Below, in pieces: positions 6,867 through 15,035 of a stretch of 33,750 nt of DNA (the first letter of the stretch is position 1; every line of letters starts with the position of its first letter). Source of the stretch: a virus (lineage: Duplodnaviria; Heunggongvirae; Uroviricota; Caudoviricetes). The notes under the pieces are model-generated. The model was not told where the DNA came from and ran no database searches. It saw only the letters and a list, made by a program, of their open reading frames with translations. The stretch is taken from the IMG/VR virus record IMGVR_UViG_2778261166_000006, positions 1-33,750 of that record; one strand, given 5' to 3'. A program made the translations under genes and the position numbers.

Positions 6867-7681
6867 GTATGGAGCTGATGGTTAAAGCGATGAAAATTCG
6901 AGTGGGTAATCCATTGCGAAAACTGGTTCTGATCAAGCTGGCTGATAATGCCAGCGATCAGGGTGAGTGCTGGCCCAGCTACCAGCATATTGCTGACCAG
7001 TGCGAGATTAGCAAACGTTCTGTGATGAATCATATTGCGGCCCTTTGTGAGTCCGGGCTGGTAAAAAAAGTCACCCGGAAAGGTGAAAAAGGTAACTCAA
7101 GTAATATCTATCTCCTTCATCTGGATGGTGCAGGAGATTCACTAGGGGGTAGAGCAAATAATTCACTATCTGGTGCAGCAAATTCACCATGTAGTGCAGG
7201 AGTTGCACTAGGGGGTAGTGCAGGAGATTCACCCAGAACCAGTCACTCTTTTGAACCAGTCAAAGAACCAGTCAATGAACCAATAGCTGTTGGTGCATCA
7301 GCTGATGAGTCCGTGCGAGTTCGTTCAAACCGACCGGAATACTCTCCGGAGTTTGAGCAGGCATGGCTGGTATATCCCAAACGTGCTGGTGGCAATTCAA
7401 AATCTGCAGCCTTCAAAGCCTGGAAAGCCCGTTTGAATGAGGGGGTAAACCCCGAAACCATGCTGGAAGGTGTGAAACGCTACGCGGGCTGGGTATCTGC
7501 GATGGGTAACAGCGGCACACAATTTGTGAAACAGGCTGTCACGTTCTTTGGCCCGGATCGTCATTTCGAAGAACCCTGGGAAGTTCCTGCGGTATCTGCA
7601 GCCAGACGCGAGGACCCGTACTTCAAAGCCAGTTACGACAACGTGGACTACAGCCAGATCCCGGCAGGATTCAGGGGGTGA
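6863..7681 (+). CDS. Replication initiation protein (lambda O-like, N-terminal HTH)
   Basis: GGAGG at 6852-6856; N-terminus LRKLVLIKLADNASDQGECWPSYQHIADQCEISKRSVMNHIAALCESGLV has an HTH; low-complexity middle encoded by repeated DNA; conserved-looking C-terminus. Confidence 0.55.
   Translation: MSMELMVKAMKIRVGNPLRKLVLIKLADNASDQGECWPSYQHIADQCEISKRSVMNHIAALCESGLVKKVTRKGEKGNSSNIYLLHLDGAGDSLGGRANNSLSGAANSPCSAGVALGGSAGDSPRTSHSFEPVKEPVNEPIAVGASADESVRVRSNRPEYSPEFEQAWLVYPKRAGGNSKSAAFKAWKARLNEGVNPETMLEGVKRYAGWVSAMGNSGTQFVKQAVTFFGPDRHFEEPWEVPAVSAARREDPYFKASYDNVDYSQIPAGFRG
7129..7282. repeat. Iteron-like direct repeats inside the O-like gene (candidate origin)
   Basis: GTGCAGGAGATTCAC at 7129 and 7218; CACTAGGGGGTAG at 7140 and 7206; GAACCAGTCA three times at 7237, 7253 and 7265. 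Confidence 0.4.
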
Positions 7682-8172
7682 TTATGAGTCTTTTGAATGA
7701 AGTTCAGAAATTCATTGAAGCCCATCCGGGGTGTACTTCCGGAGACATTGCAGATGCTTTTGCAGGTTACTCACGGCAGCGCGTTCTGCAGTCTGCAAGC
7801 AAGTTACGTCAGAGTGGGCGTGTGGCTCACCGTTGTGAAGGGGATACACGCAGACATTTCCCGCGCCAGACAAAGATATCGCCGGAGGCGGAACGGCAAC
7901 CAGTTCGTGAAACCAGATCTGTGCGCAATTTCTATGTCGGCACTAACGACCCGCGGGTGGTTTTGTGCCTGGCCCGCCAGGCGGAAGAACTGGAGTCCAG
8001 GGGCTTATTTCGTCGTGCTGCAACCGTGTGGATGGCGGCATTCCGTGAAAGCCACTCCCAGCCAGAACGAAACAATTTTCTGGCGCGTCGTGAGCGGTGC
8101 TTACGGAAAAGCAGCAAGCGCGCTGCATCGGGTGAAGAGTGGTATCTGTCAGGGAATTACGTGGGGGCTTAA
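7678..8172 (+). CDS. Phage regulatory protein, possibly PerC-like
   Basis: C-terminal GLFRRAATVWMAAFRES...RRERC resembles my recollection of the PerC-family motif; start overlaps the upstream stop. Confidence 0.4.
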   Translation: MIMSLLNEVQKFIEAHPGCTSGDIADAFAGYSRQRVLQSASKLRQSGRVAHRCEGDTRRHFPRQTKISPEAERQPVRETRSVRNFYVGTNDPRVVLCLARQAEELESRGLFRRAATVWMAAFRESHSQPERNNFLARRERCLRKSSKRAASGEEWYLSGNYVGA

Positions 8173-8498
8173 TGACGACGTTAACTCAATGCCAGCAGCA
8201 GGTGCTGGATATGCTGATTTCTTATCAGAAAGAACGTGGCTTCCCGCCAACCAATCAGGAGGTGGCAACCATGCTGGGATACCGTTCGGTGAATGCAGCG
8301 GTGGAGCATCTTCGTGCGCTGGAGAAAAAAGGCGTCATCACGATAAAGCGTGGCGTGGCCCGGGGGATAACGCTTCATACCGCGGTGAAGGACGACGACA
8401 GCGAGGCGGTCGGGATTATCCGCTCACTGCTTGCCGGTGAGGAAAACGCCAGGCTGCGTGCAGCCCACTGGTTACATGAGAGGGGCCTGAAAGTATGA
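8172..8498 (+). CDS. LexA N-terminal DNA-binding-domain-like protein with no peptidase domain
   Basis: LTQCQQQVLDMLISYQKERGFPPTNQEVATMLGYRSVNAAVEHLRALEKKGVITI parallels the LexA winged-HTH; TAATG stop/start overlap with the upstream gene. Confidence 0.55.
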   Translation: MTTLTQCQQQVLDMLISYQKERGFPPTNQEVATMLGYRSVNAAVEHLRALEKKGVITIKRGVARGITLHTAVKDDDSEAVGIIRSLLAGEENARLRAAHWLHERGLKV

Positions 8499-8884
8499 AG
8501 CTTATTCTGCCTTTTCCGCCCAGCGTGAACACGTACTGGCGACACCCCAACAAAGGGGCGTTTGCTGGTAAGAGCCTGATAAGCACGGCGGGGCGAAAAT
8601 TCCAGAGCGCGGCGTGCGCAGCAATAGTTGAGCAGTTACGTCGTCTGCCGAAACCAACGTCGGCACCTGCTGCAGTGGAGATCGTGTTGTTTCCACCGGA
8701 TAACCGGATCCGCGATCTGGACAACTATAACAAGGCGCTGTTTGACGCCCTGACCCACTCGGGTGTGTGGGAAGACGACAGTCAGGTGAAAAGAATGCTG
8801 GTGGAGTGGGGACCGGTTATCCCGGAAGGGAAGGTCGAGATCACTATCAGTAAGTACGAGAAACCGGCGGGTGCAGCCGCCTGA
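8495..8884 (+). CDS. rusA: RusA Holliday-junction resolvase
   Basis: ILPFPPSVNTYWRH and RDLDNYNKALFDALT parallel the E. coli RusA motifs. Confidence 0.85.
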   Translation: MKLILPFPPSVNTYWRHPNKGAFAGKSLISTAGRKFQSAACAAIVEQLRRLPKPTSAPAAVEIVLFPPDNRIRDLDNYNKALFDALTHSGVWEDDSQVKRMLVEWGPVIPEGKVEITISKYEKPAGAAA

Positions 8885-8903
8885 TTAAGAGGAGAAACGA
8901 AGT

Positions 8904-9701
8904 ATGAATAATCTGATGGTCATTGATGGTATTGAAGTTCGTCGTGATGCTTATGGTCGTTACAGCCTGAACGATCTGCACAGGGCTGCCGGTTCTCTGG
9001 ATAAGCATAAGCCTGCATTCTGGCTCCGCAATGAGCAAACTGAACGTTTAATAAGCGAGTTGCAGATTTGCAACTCGGTCAATATAGAGCCAGTTAACGT
9101 TATTCGTGGCGGAAATAACCAGGGGACGTATGTCTGCAAAGAACTGGTGTATGCCTATGCAATGTGGATCAGCCCGTCATTCCATCTGAAGGTGATCCGT
9201 ACTTTCGACATGGTAACCAGCGCACCTGAAAAATTATCCGGACAGGCTGCTGACAAGATGCAGGCTGGCGTGATTCTGCTGGACTTTATGCGCCGGGAGT
9301 TAAATCTGTCTAACTCTTCAGTGCTTGGAGCCTGTCAGAAACTTCAGGAGGCTGTTGGCTTACCGAATCTGGCACCGCGCTATGCCATTGATGCTCCTGC
9401 TGATGCACACGATGGCTCAAGTCGCCCGACACTGTCACTGAGTGCACTGCTGAAACAGTATGGTATCCGCCTGACGGCTAATCAGGCATATCACCAGATG
9501 GTGAAGCTGGGGATCGTCGAGCAGCGCGAACGATACAGCCGTACCGCGATTAACAACATCAAAAAATTCTGGTCGCTGACAGCGAAAGGTTGCATGTTCG
9601 GCAAGAACATCACCAGTCCCGCAAATCCGCGCGAGACGCAGCCGCATTTCTTCGAATCCCGATTCCCTGAGCTGTTAAAGCTGCTCGATACCGTTCATTG
9701 A
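8904..9701 (+). CDS. KilA-N domain protein (antirepressor-like)
   Basis: N-terminus VIDGIEVRRDAYGRYSLNDLHRAAG...WLRNEQT fits the KilA-N pattern. Confidence 0.65.
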   Translation: MNNLMVIDGIEVRRDAYGRYSLNDLHRAAGSLDKHKPAFWLRNEQTERLISELQICNSVNIEPVNVIRGGNNQGTYVCKELVYAYAMWISPSFHLKVIRTFDMVTSAPEKLSGQAADKMQAGVILLDFMRRELNLSNSSVLGACQKLQEAVGLPNLAPRYAIDAPADAHDGSSRPTLSLSALLKQYGIRLTANQAYHQMVKLGIVEQRERYSRTAINNIKKFWSLTAKGCMFGKNITSPANPRETQPHFFESRFPELLKLLDTVH

Positions 9702-9702
9702 G

Positions 9703-10698
9703 GTGACCGTGAGAGCACTACTGACCCCTGAAATTGCCCCGCGTATGGGGATCGTATTGTTCAGGCCAGGTTCAGAGCTGATGCCCCTGTTTATGCAGGG
9801 GCGTGTCCTGCTGGAGCCTGAGCCGGAACGTTACTCATCTTTCGCCAGTGGTGCCGTTCCGGCGGCATCACAACCGCTGGCGGATGATCCTGCCGTTCGG
9901 GCCGTGTTCCGCAATGAGGCAGTGATCCGTCGTGCTGGTGGCGTGGAATGTCTTGAAAGCTGGTTACTTCGTGAAAAAGGCTGCCAGTGGCCTCATTCCG
10001 ACTGGCACAGCGAGAACATGACCACAATGCGACACGCTCCGGGCGCAATCCGTCTGTGCTGGCACTGCGATAACCAGCTGCGCGATCAGTTCACGGAACG
10101 GCTGGAATCAATGGCAACGGATAACTGTGCCCGCTGGGTGTTGTCTGTTGTGCGTCGGGATCTCGGTTTTGATGACAGTCACGTTGTGACAATGCCGGAA
10201 CTGTGCTGGTGGTTGATTCGTAATGATCTGGCGGATGCCTTACCGGAAAGTGCAGCCCGTAAGGCACTGAGATTACCGAAGCCTGTTGTGCCATCTGTCA
10301 CCCGGGAAAGTGACCTTGTGCCTTCGGTTCCTGCCACCAGCATCATCCAGGATAAAGCGAAAAAGGTGCTGGCGCTGAAAGTGGATCCGGAGTCGCCGGA
10401 GTCTTTTATGTTACGCCCCAAACGTCGCCGCTGGGTTAATGAAAAGTACACGCGCTGGGTTAAGACGCAGCCGTGCGCATGTTGTGGAAAGCCAGCTGAT
10501 GATCCCCACCACCTGATAGGTCACGGTCAGGGTGGAATGGGTACAAAAGCGCATGACCTCTTTGTGTTGCCTTTGTGCAGAAAGCATCACGACGAGCTGC
10601 ATGCGGATACCGTGGCATTTGAAGAGAAGTATGGCTCCCAGCTGGAGCTGATATTTCGTTTTATCGATCGTGCGCTGGCAATAGGCGTGCTGGCCTGA
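9703..10698 (+). CDS. DUF968-like nin-region protein with a Cys/His-rich C-terminus
   Basis: C-terminus CACCGKPADDPHHLIGHGQGGMGTKAHDLFVLPLCRKHHDELH. Confidence 0.5.
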   Translation: MTVRALLTPEIAPRMGIVLFRPGSELMPLFMQGRVLLEPEPERYSSFASGAVPAASQPLADDPAVRAVFRNEAVIRRAGGVECLESWLLREKGCQWPHSDWHSENMTTMRHAPGAIRLCWHCDNQLRDQFTERLESMATDNCARWVLSVVRRDLGFDDSHVVTMPELCWWLIRNDLADALPESAARKALRLPKPVVPSVTRESDLVPSVPATSIIQDKAKKVLALKVDPESPESFMLRPKRRRWVNEKYTRWVKTQPCACCGKPADDPHHLIGHGQGGMGTKAHDLFVLPLCRKHHDELHADTVAFEEKYGSQLELIFRFIDRALAIGVLA

Positions 10699-10700
10699 TT

Positions 10701-11063
10701 TTGTGGAGAAAGTTGATGCGTGATATGTATGAAGTATTGGACCGCTGGGGTGCATGGGCTGCAGCAGACAACAGTGGTGTGGACTGGCAGCCGGTAGCAG
10801 CAGGCTTCAAGGGGCTTTTACCACACGGTAAAAAGTCACGCCTTCAGTGCGATGATGACGAAGGCATTATGATTGATGGTTGTGTGGCTAGACTGCGAAA
10901 GCATAAACCAGAGGAATATGAGCTGATCATTGCACATTTTGTTATCGGGATTTCGCTCCGTACAATTGCGAAGAGGCGTAACTATTCTGATGGTACTGTC
11001 AGAAAAGAATTGCAGGCCGCACTTGGTTTTATTGAAGGTGTTTGTTTTATGCTCAATATTTAA
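10701..11063 (+). CDS. Q: Late-gene antiterminator Q (QuuD / phage-82-type family)
   Basis: ERWGAWAA...AAGFKGL...KSRLQCDDD...GCVARLRK...DGTVRKELQAALGFIEG matches the recalled QuuD-like Q signature; position before the lysis cassette. Confidence 0.8.
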   Translation: MWRKLMRDMYEVLDRWGAWAAADNSGVDWQPVAAGFKGLLPHGKKSRLQCDDDEGIMIDGCVARLRKHKPEEYELIIAHFVIGISLRTIAKRRNYSDGTVRKELQAALGFIEGVCFMLNI

Positions 11064-12280
11064 ATTAGCACGTCATTTATTAATAAAGCTAATATGCCAA
11101 CACATGTTGGCATCCATGATAAGCAGCGCATTAAGTCCAATACTCTTATGCAGAATACTTCATTTTTGTTTAACTCTATTTGAGCTATTTGTAATCTGAG
11201 TTTGAGTTCATTTTGCTCTTCACTCAATCTGTTCATCATAGTATCGAATAAGGTATCTTTTGCATGAATTATGCGTTCAAGTTGACGTTTTTGAGACACT
11301 GCGACTAGATAAGTAATAATAGATGTCAATAAGATCCCTAAAAATGCCACTATAGAAACTAATTCCCCTGTCATTTGAAATATCGATATTGCAGCAACTA
11401 GTGATACAGGGATGGCTAAAGCTTTGTTGGCTATTTCAGATACGACTTTGGATATTTTGTCTGCATAATCAATTTCAGCATCGGCAATCTCTTTTCTTGT
11501 TTTATGGAAAGAGAATGCAGACATATATACAGCAAGGTTGTTGCTATATAACTCATTGATATCGTTCCAGTTTTTTATTATATTGATAAATGAGCCATTT
11601 GTCTTTGAAATATATTCAATCAGTGTATTTCTGAATGTGTTCAGTTTTTCAAGATAGTGATTATCTTTGCTTGCATCGGATTTAGATAAATTGGCTATAA
11701 GATTGATATTTAGGTCTTCAATATCAAGGACCTCCTCTGTTAAATTAGTTTCAATTACTGCTGTTGTTGATTTCGATTCTGAATGTAGTACAAAAACAAG
11801 GCGATAGAAGCTGGTGTTTCTATCACTTTTGGTATCGTGGAAATGAGCTATGTTCGATAAACATGAAATTAATTGACAAATTTTTTCAATTGTCATTATA
11901 TAGTCAGGCTTTTGGGCATCATAAGAATAAAAATCACTTTCTGCAATGTAATAGTTCTTAGGCATTACGCCTTTTCGAAGAGTATTAATTTCTATAAACT
12001 CTCTTTTTGAAGCATAAAATCTATCTGCACTTCTACGTGCGACTTTAAATGAATATGTTAAAGTGGTTCCTGAATTAGGCAGATCATTTCCATCGTAAAT
12101 CTCGCAACCATCAATTTCAATTTCATCGAATGAACCTTCGTTGAAATTATCATCTAGCATAGTAGTCAACAGCATTTTAATATCTGTTGTATAATCTATT
12201 GACGCCGAAAACTTAACACCGTCGAAATGGGGTGTTTTAGATTTTCTAAATAAATCTACTACAATTTTCAACTGATTCAT
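11060..12280 (-). CDS. Membrane protein (406 aa) with a soluble N-terminal domain and C-terminal hydrophobic segments; downstream gene of the cargo operon
   Basis: Visibly AT-rich. Hydrophobic stretches ALAIPVSLVAAISIFQMTG and LVSIVAFLGILLTSIITYLVAV, plus a hydrophobic C-terminal tail; coiled-coil-like segment between. Start lies 19 nt after the upstream gene's stop. Confidence 0.6.
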   Translation of the reverse strand: MNQLKIVVDLFRKSKTPHFDGVKFSASIDYTTDIKMLLTTMLDDNFNEGSFDEIEIDGCEIYDGNDLPNSGTTLTYSFKVARRSADRFYASKREFIEINTLRKGVMPKNYYIAESDFYSYDAQKPDYIMTIEKICQLISCLSNIAHFHDTKSDRNTSFYRLVFVLHSESKSTTAVIETNLTEEVLDIEDLNINLIANLSKSDASKDNHYLEKLNTFRNTLIEYISKTNGSFINIIKNWNDINELYSNNLAVYMSAFSFHKTRKEIADAEIDYADKISKVVSEIANKALAIPVSLVAAISIFQMTGELVSIVAFLGILLTSIITYLVAVSQKRQLERIIHAKDTLFDTMMNRLSEEQNELKLRLQIAQIELNKNEVFCIRVLDLMRCLSWMPTCVGILALLINDVLI

Positions 12281-12299
12281 TTTATTTTTCTTTTATAAC

Positions 12300-13430
12300 T
12301 CAGTTTAACAAATTCATTTCTTTTAAGGCATCTTTTATTTTTTTTTGCGCTTCTATAGGGAGTCTGTTAAATGTAAGATTCCCATGCTCAGCGTCATAGA
12401 AAATTGTAGCATCAGTAGTTATGCCAAGCAAATCTTTGTCGAAATTAAAACTATATTGATCTGCTTTGAAAATAACATTCCTTAATTTGTCAAGAGATGT
12501 TTTATTTATGACGAACTCCGAAGGAACTCTAACCTCCTCGCTGTTTAAATATTGCATGAGCTCTCTTACTAGGGGGGCTTTTTTATCATCATCTAAAAAT
12601 GCCATGTGAGTTGCAGAAATAGATTCAATATCTGTAAGCTTTGCAGAGCAATTGTTTCCGAACTGGGATTCTAAATATTTTATTACTGCGTTTCTTACTG
12701 CATTTGCATGAGGGCGTAATTCTTTGTGTTTTTTAAAAAACTTTTTTACCTCATTTGGAAGTTTGCGGGTTGCTCCAGCTGATGCGATCCCCTTATCACA
12801 CCCAAGAGCTGCGATGAAATATGCAGCAGCAGACTGTCCCGTAGTTTTGTTGATGAAGCTTAAGTAGCTTAATTCTGTTTTTTGAACATCATCAGCTTGG
12901 TGATATTGATAGTATAAGTGAAAATTTATTTTTGCAGCTTGGTTAATATTATTTAACTCCAGATGTATCATTTCTTCTGGCTCGAGTTTTTCGCTAATTG
13001 TTACTCCATTCGTTTTTTTTATCATAGCTACAAGAAAATATCTGATGCCTGCTGAAATATAATCAGTAAAAACAATGTATCCTCCAGAAGACCAAGATTG
13101 AGATTTGGCTGAATGATACATTTGTTCCATTATTTTCTTTGTTAAGTTAATAAAGTCAATAGATTGAGAAGTTGCTGTTTGGTGATACTGATCAAATAAT
13201 ACCGGGATTGGACCTTGTTCTTTTGGGGCGCTTTTGAATACACCGTAATGTGCTGAGTTGCCTTTAGAGCCATAAAGAGCAACGACCCCTTCAACAAGGG
13301 AAATTACAACAGCGTTTGTTTTATCAAGTTCAGAATCACGCAGGTTGTATCGTTTCGAGTGGTCAAAATCTTTATCTTTCTCTTTTAATAGCTCGTGAAC
13401 AATAACGTGGTTGATTTTTAGGTTTGGCAT
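12300..13430 (-). CDS. NdpA/YejK-like (NA37 family) nucleoid-associated-protein homolog; upstream gene of the cargo operon
   Basis: MPNLKINHVIVHEL, GGYIVFTDY...YFLVAMI, YLSFINKTTGQSAAAYFIAALG and the C-terminal KDLLGITTDATIFYDAEHGNLTF parallel blocks I recall from E. coli YejK. The first in-frame codon of the listed ORF (13454) is TTG, so the start is set at the ATG at 13430. Confidence 0.5.
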   Translation of the reverse strand: MPNLKINHVIVHELLKEKDKDFDHSKRYNLRDSELDKTNAVVISLVEGVVALYGSKGNSAHYGVFKSAPKEQGPIPVLFDQYHQTATSQSIDFINLTKKIMEQMYHSAKSQSWSSGGYIVFTDYISAGIRYFLVAMIKKTNGVTISEKLEPEEMIHLELNNINQAAKINFHLYYQYHQADDVQKTELSYLSFINKTTGQSAAAYFIAALGCDKGIASAGATRKLPNEVKKFFKKHKELRPHANAVRNAVIKYLESQFGNNCSAKLTDIESISATHMAFLDDDKKAPLVRELMQYLNSEEVRVPSEFVINKTSLDKLRNVIFKADQYSFNFDKDLLGITTDATIFYDAEHGNLTFNRLPIEAQKKIKDALKEMNLLN

Positions 13431-13543
13431 TTTTTTCGTTTTTGTTGGGGACAATATAGGTTGTATGAGGATAATAAAAAGTTAACGCGTACGCAAAAAC
13501 TATTGTATCGTGTTAAGAGTGGTTACTTCGCCACACAGCTTAA

Positions 13544-13570
13544 ACCCGCCGTCGAGCGGGTTTTGTCGTT
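13544..13570 (+). terminator. Intrinsic terminator-like hairpin (possible tR' analogue upstream of the lysis genes)
   Basis: ACCCGC-CGTCGA-GCGGGT followed by TTTTGTCGTTT. Confidence 0.4.
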
Positions 13571-13715
13571 TCTGGGGCTGGGGATTCGTTGGTCCTGGCC
13601 TATTCCGCAGTTGTCCATCGGTTCGGCTTCTTTGACGTTTCCGCTTCTGATTTGCGGTACATGATGTTCCCTCAATTTGCACCTGCTGTATCAGCGAGGT
13701 GAGAGATAACTACAA

Positions 13716-14042
13716 ATGCCTCATAACCCAAATACCTGGCTGGAGTTGGTCCAGAGCTGGTGGCGTGGAGACACACCGCTGGGCGCAGTGATTATGTCGA
13801 TTGTTATGGCTGGTTTACGTATTGCCTATTTTGGCGGTGGTGGCGGCTGGAAGCGAAAAACACTCGAAATTCTACTCTGTGGCGCTCTGACGCTGACTTT
13901 TGCATCCGCTCTTGAGTATGTCGGATGGCCTAAATCACTATCTGTTGCCATTGGTGGTGGGGTGGGGCTGATCGGTGTTGATGCTATTCGTGGGGCTGCA
14001 ATGAGAGTAATCGGTAACAAGTTTGGTGGCTCTAAGGAGTAA
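13716..14042 (+). CDS. S: Holin (lambda S-like, class I)
   Basis: Hydrophobic segments; similarity to lambda S; directly upstream of the endolysin. Confidence 0.8.
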   Translation: MPHNPNTWLELVQSWWRGDTPLGAVIMSIVMAGLRIAYFGGGGGWKRKTLEILLCGALTLTFASALEYVGWPKSLSVAIGGGVGLIGVDAIRGAAMRVIGNKFGGSKE

Positions 14043-14045
14043 TTT

Positions 14046-14522
14046 ATGCAGGTACTAAATTCCCAGCGTAAAGCTTTCCTGGATATGGTGGCATGGTCAG
14101 AGGGAACGGATAACGGACGGCAGAAAACCAGAAATCATGGTTATGACGTCATTGTTGGCGGAGAGCTATTTACCGATTACTCCGATCATCCTCGCAAACT
14201 TGTCACACTAAACCCGAAACTCAAATCAACAGCCGCAGGCCGTTATCAACTTCTTTCACGCTGGTGGGATGCTTACCGTAAACAGCTTGGTTTGAAAGAC
14301 TTCTCCCCCAAAAGCCAGGACGCTGTGGCACTGCAACAGATTAAAGAGCGTGGCGCTTTGACGATGATTGATCGCGGCGATATTCGTCAGGCAATCGACC
14401 GTTGCAGCAATATATGGGCTTCTTTGCCGGGCGCTGGTTACGGTCAGTATGAACATAAAATTGGTGACCTGATTGCCAGGTTTAAAGAGGCTGGTGGAGT
14501 GATAAATGAAGTTGAGCTATAA
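14046..14522 (+). CDS. R: Endolysin (lambda R-like lytic transglycosylase)
   Basis: Near-identical over most of its length to lambda R as I recall it (NSQRKAFLDMVAWSEGTDNGRQKTRNHGYDVIVGGELFTDYSDHPRKLVTLNPKLKST...). Confidence 0.95.
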   Translation: MQVLNSQRKAFLDMVAWSEGTDNGRQKTRNHGYDVIVGGELFTDYSDHPRKLVTLNPKLKSTAAGRYQLLSRWWDAYRKQLGLKDFSPKSQDAVALQQIKERGALTMIDRGDIRQAIDRCSNIWASLPGAGYGQYEHKIGDLIARFKEAGGVINEVEL

Positions 14523-14970
14523 GCTGGTTATCGCTGCATTCTTCGTTACTGTCATTGGTTCTTTTATCTGTTCAGTGAATCATTACCACAATAAAGCCAT
14601 TGAATACAAAAAGCAGCGTGATGAGAATGCTATGGCATTAGATTCGGCTATGGCGACCATCGCTGATATGCAGAAGCGTCAACGTGATGTAGCAGAACTC
14701 GATGCCAGATATACAAAGGAGTTAGCTAATGCGAAAATCACTATCAGTAATCTGCGTAGGGATATTGATGCTGGCCGTAAGCGGCTGCGGGTCAAAGCAA
14801 ACTGTTCAGCAAACGGAGCGACCGGCACCGGTGGCATGGGCGATGCTTCCTCCCCCAGACTTACTGACTCCGCTGAACGGGATTATTTCGCCCTTAGAGA
14901 GCGAATCGTCACAGTGACGAAGCAAGTCAGCTATCTTCAGAGCTATATCAAGGGACAGTGCCAAAAATGA
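14506..14970 (+). CDS. Rz: Rz i-spanin
   Basis: N-terminal transmembrane segment, then NHYHNKAIEYKKQRDENA...MQKRQRDVAELDARYTKELA...SPRLTDSAERDYFALRER parallels lambda Rz. Confidence 0.85.
   Translation: MKLSYKLVIAAFFVTVIGSFICSVNHYHNKAIEYKKQRDENAMALDSAMATIADMQKRQRDVAELDARYTKELANAKITISNLRRDIDAGRKRLRVKANCSANGATGTGGMGDASSPRLTDSAERDYFALRERIVTVTKQVSYLQSYIKGQCQK
14729..14917 (+). CDS. Rz1: Rz1 o-spanin lipoprotein, embedded in the +1 frame of Rz
   Basis: Signal peptide with lipobox VSGC; Pro-rich PPPDLLTPLNGIISP parallels lambda Rz1; lies entirely inside Rz. Confidence 0.8.
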   Translation: MRKSLSVICVGILMLAVSGCGSKQTVQQTERPAPVAWAMLPPPDLLTPLNGIISPLESESSQ

Positions 14971-15035
14971 TATAGTGGACTATAGCCTTCATTAAAGGAT
15001 AGGATGCTATATTATGTCCTGAAGGAGATGTCAGA

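Noticed and set aside
7243-7461. 72-aa minus-strand ORF inside the O-like gene
   Set aside because: Falls within the repeat-rich region of the replication gene; an artefact of the repetitive sequence.
12300-13454. ORF-finder start for the NdpA-like gene at 13454
   Set aside because: That codon is TTG; the ATG at 13430 aligns with the YejK N-terminus, so the feature start was set at 13430.
13461-13682. Small ORFs on both strands in the late control region (13461-13664 plus, 13500-13682 minus)
   Set aside because: They overlap the terminator-like hairpin and lack ribosome-binding sites; the region is better explained as promoter and terminator sequence.
11063-13716. Shiga toxin or another toxin operon at the Q-to-S junction
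   Set aside because: The two genes are on the opposite strand and their translations show no A/B-toxin features; called as an NdpA-like and membrane-protein pair.
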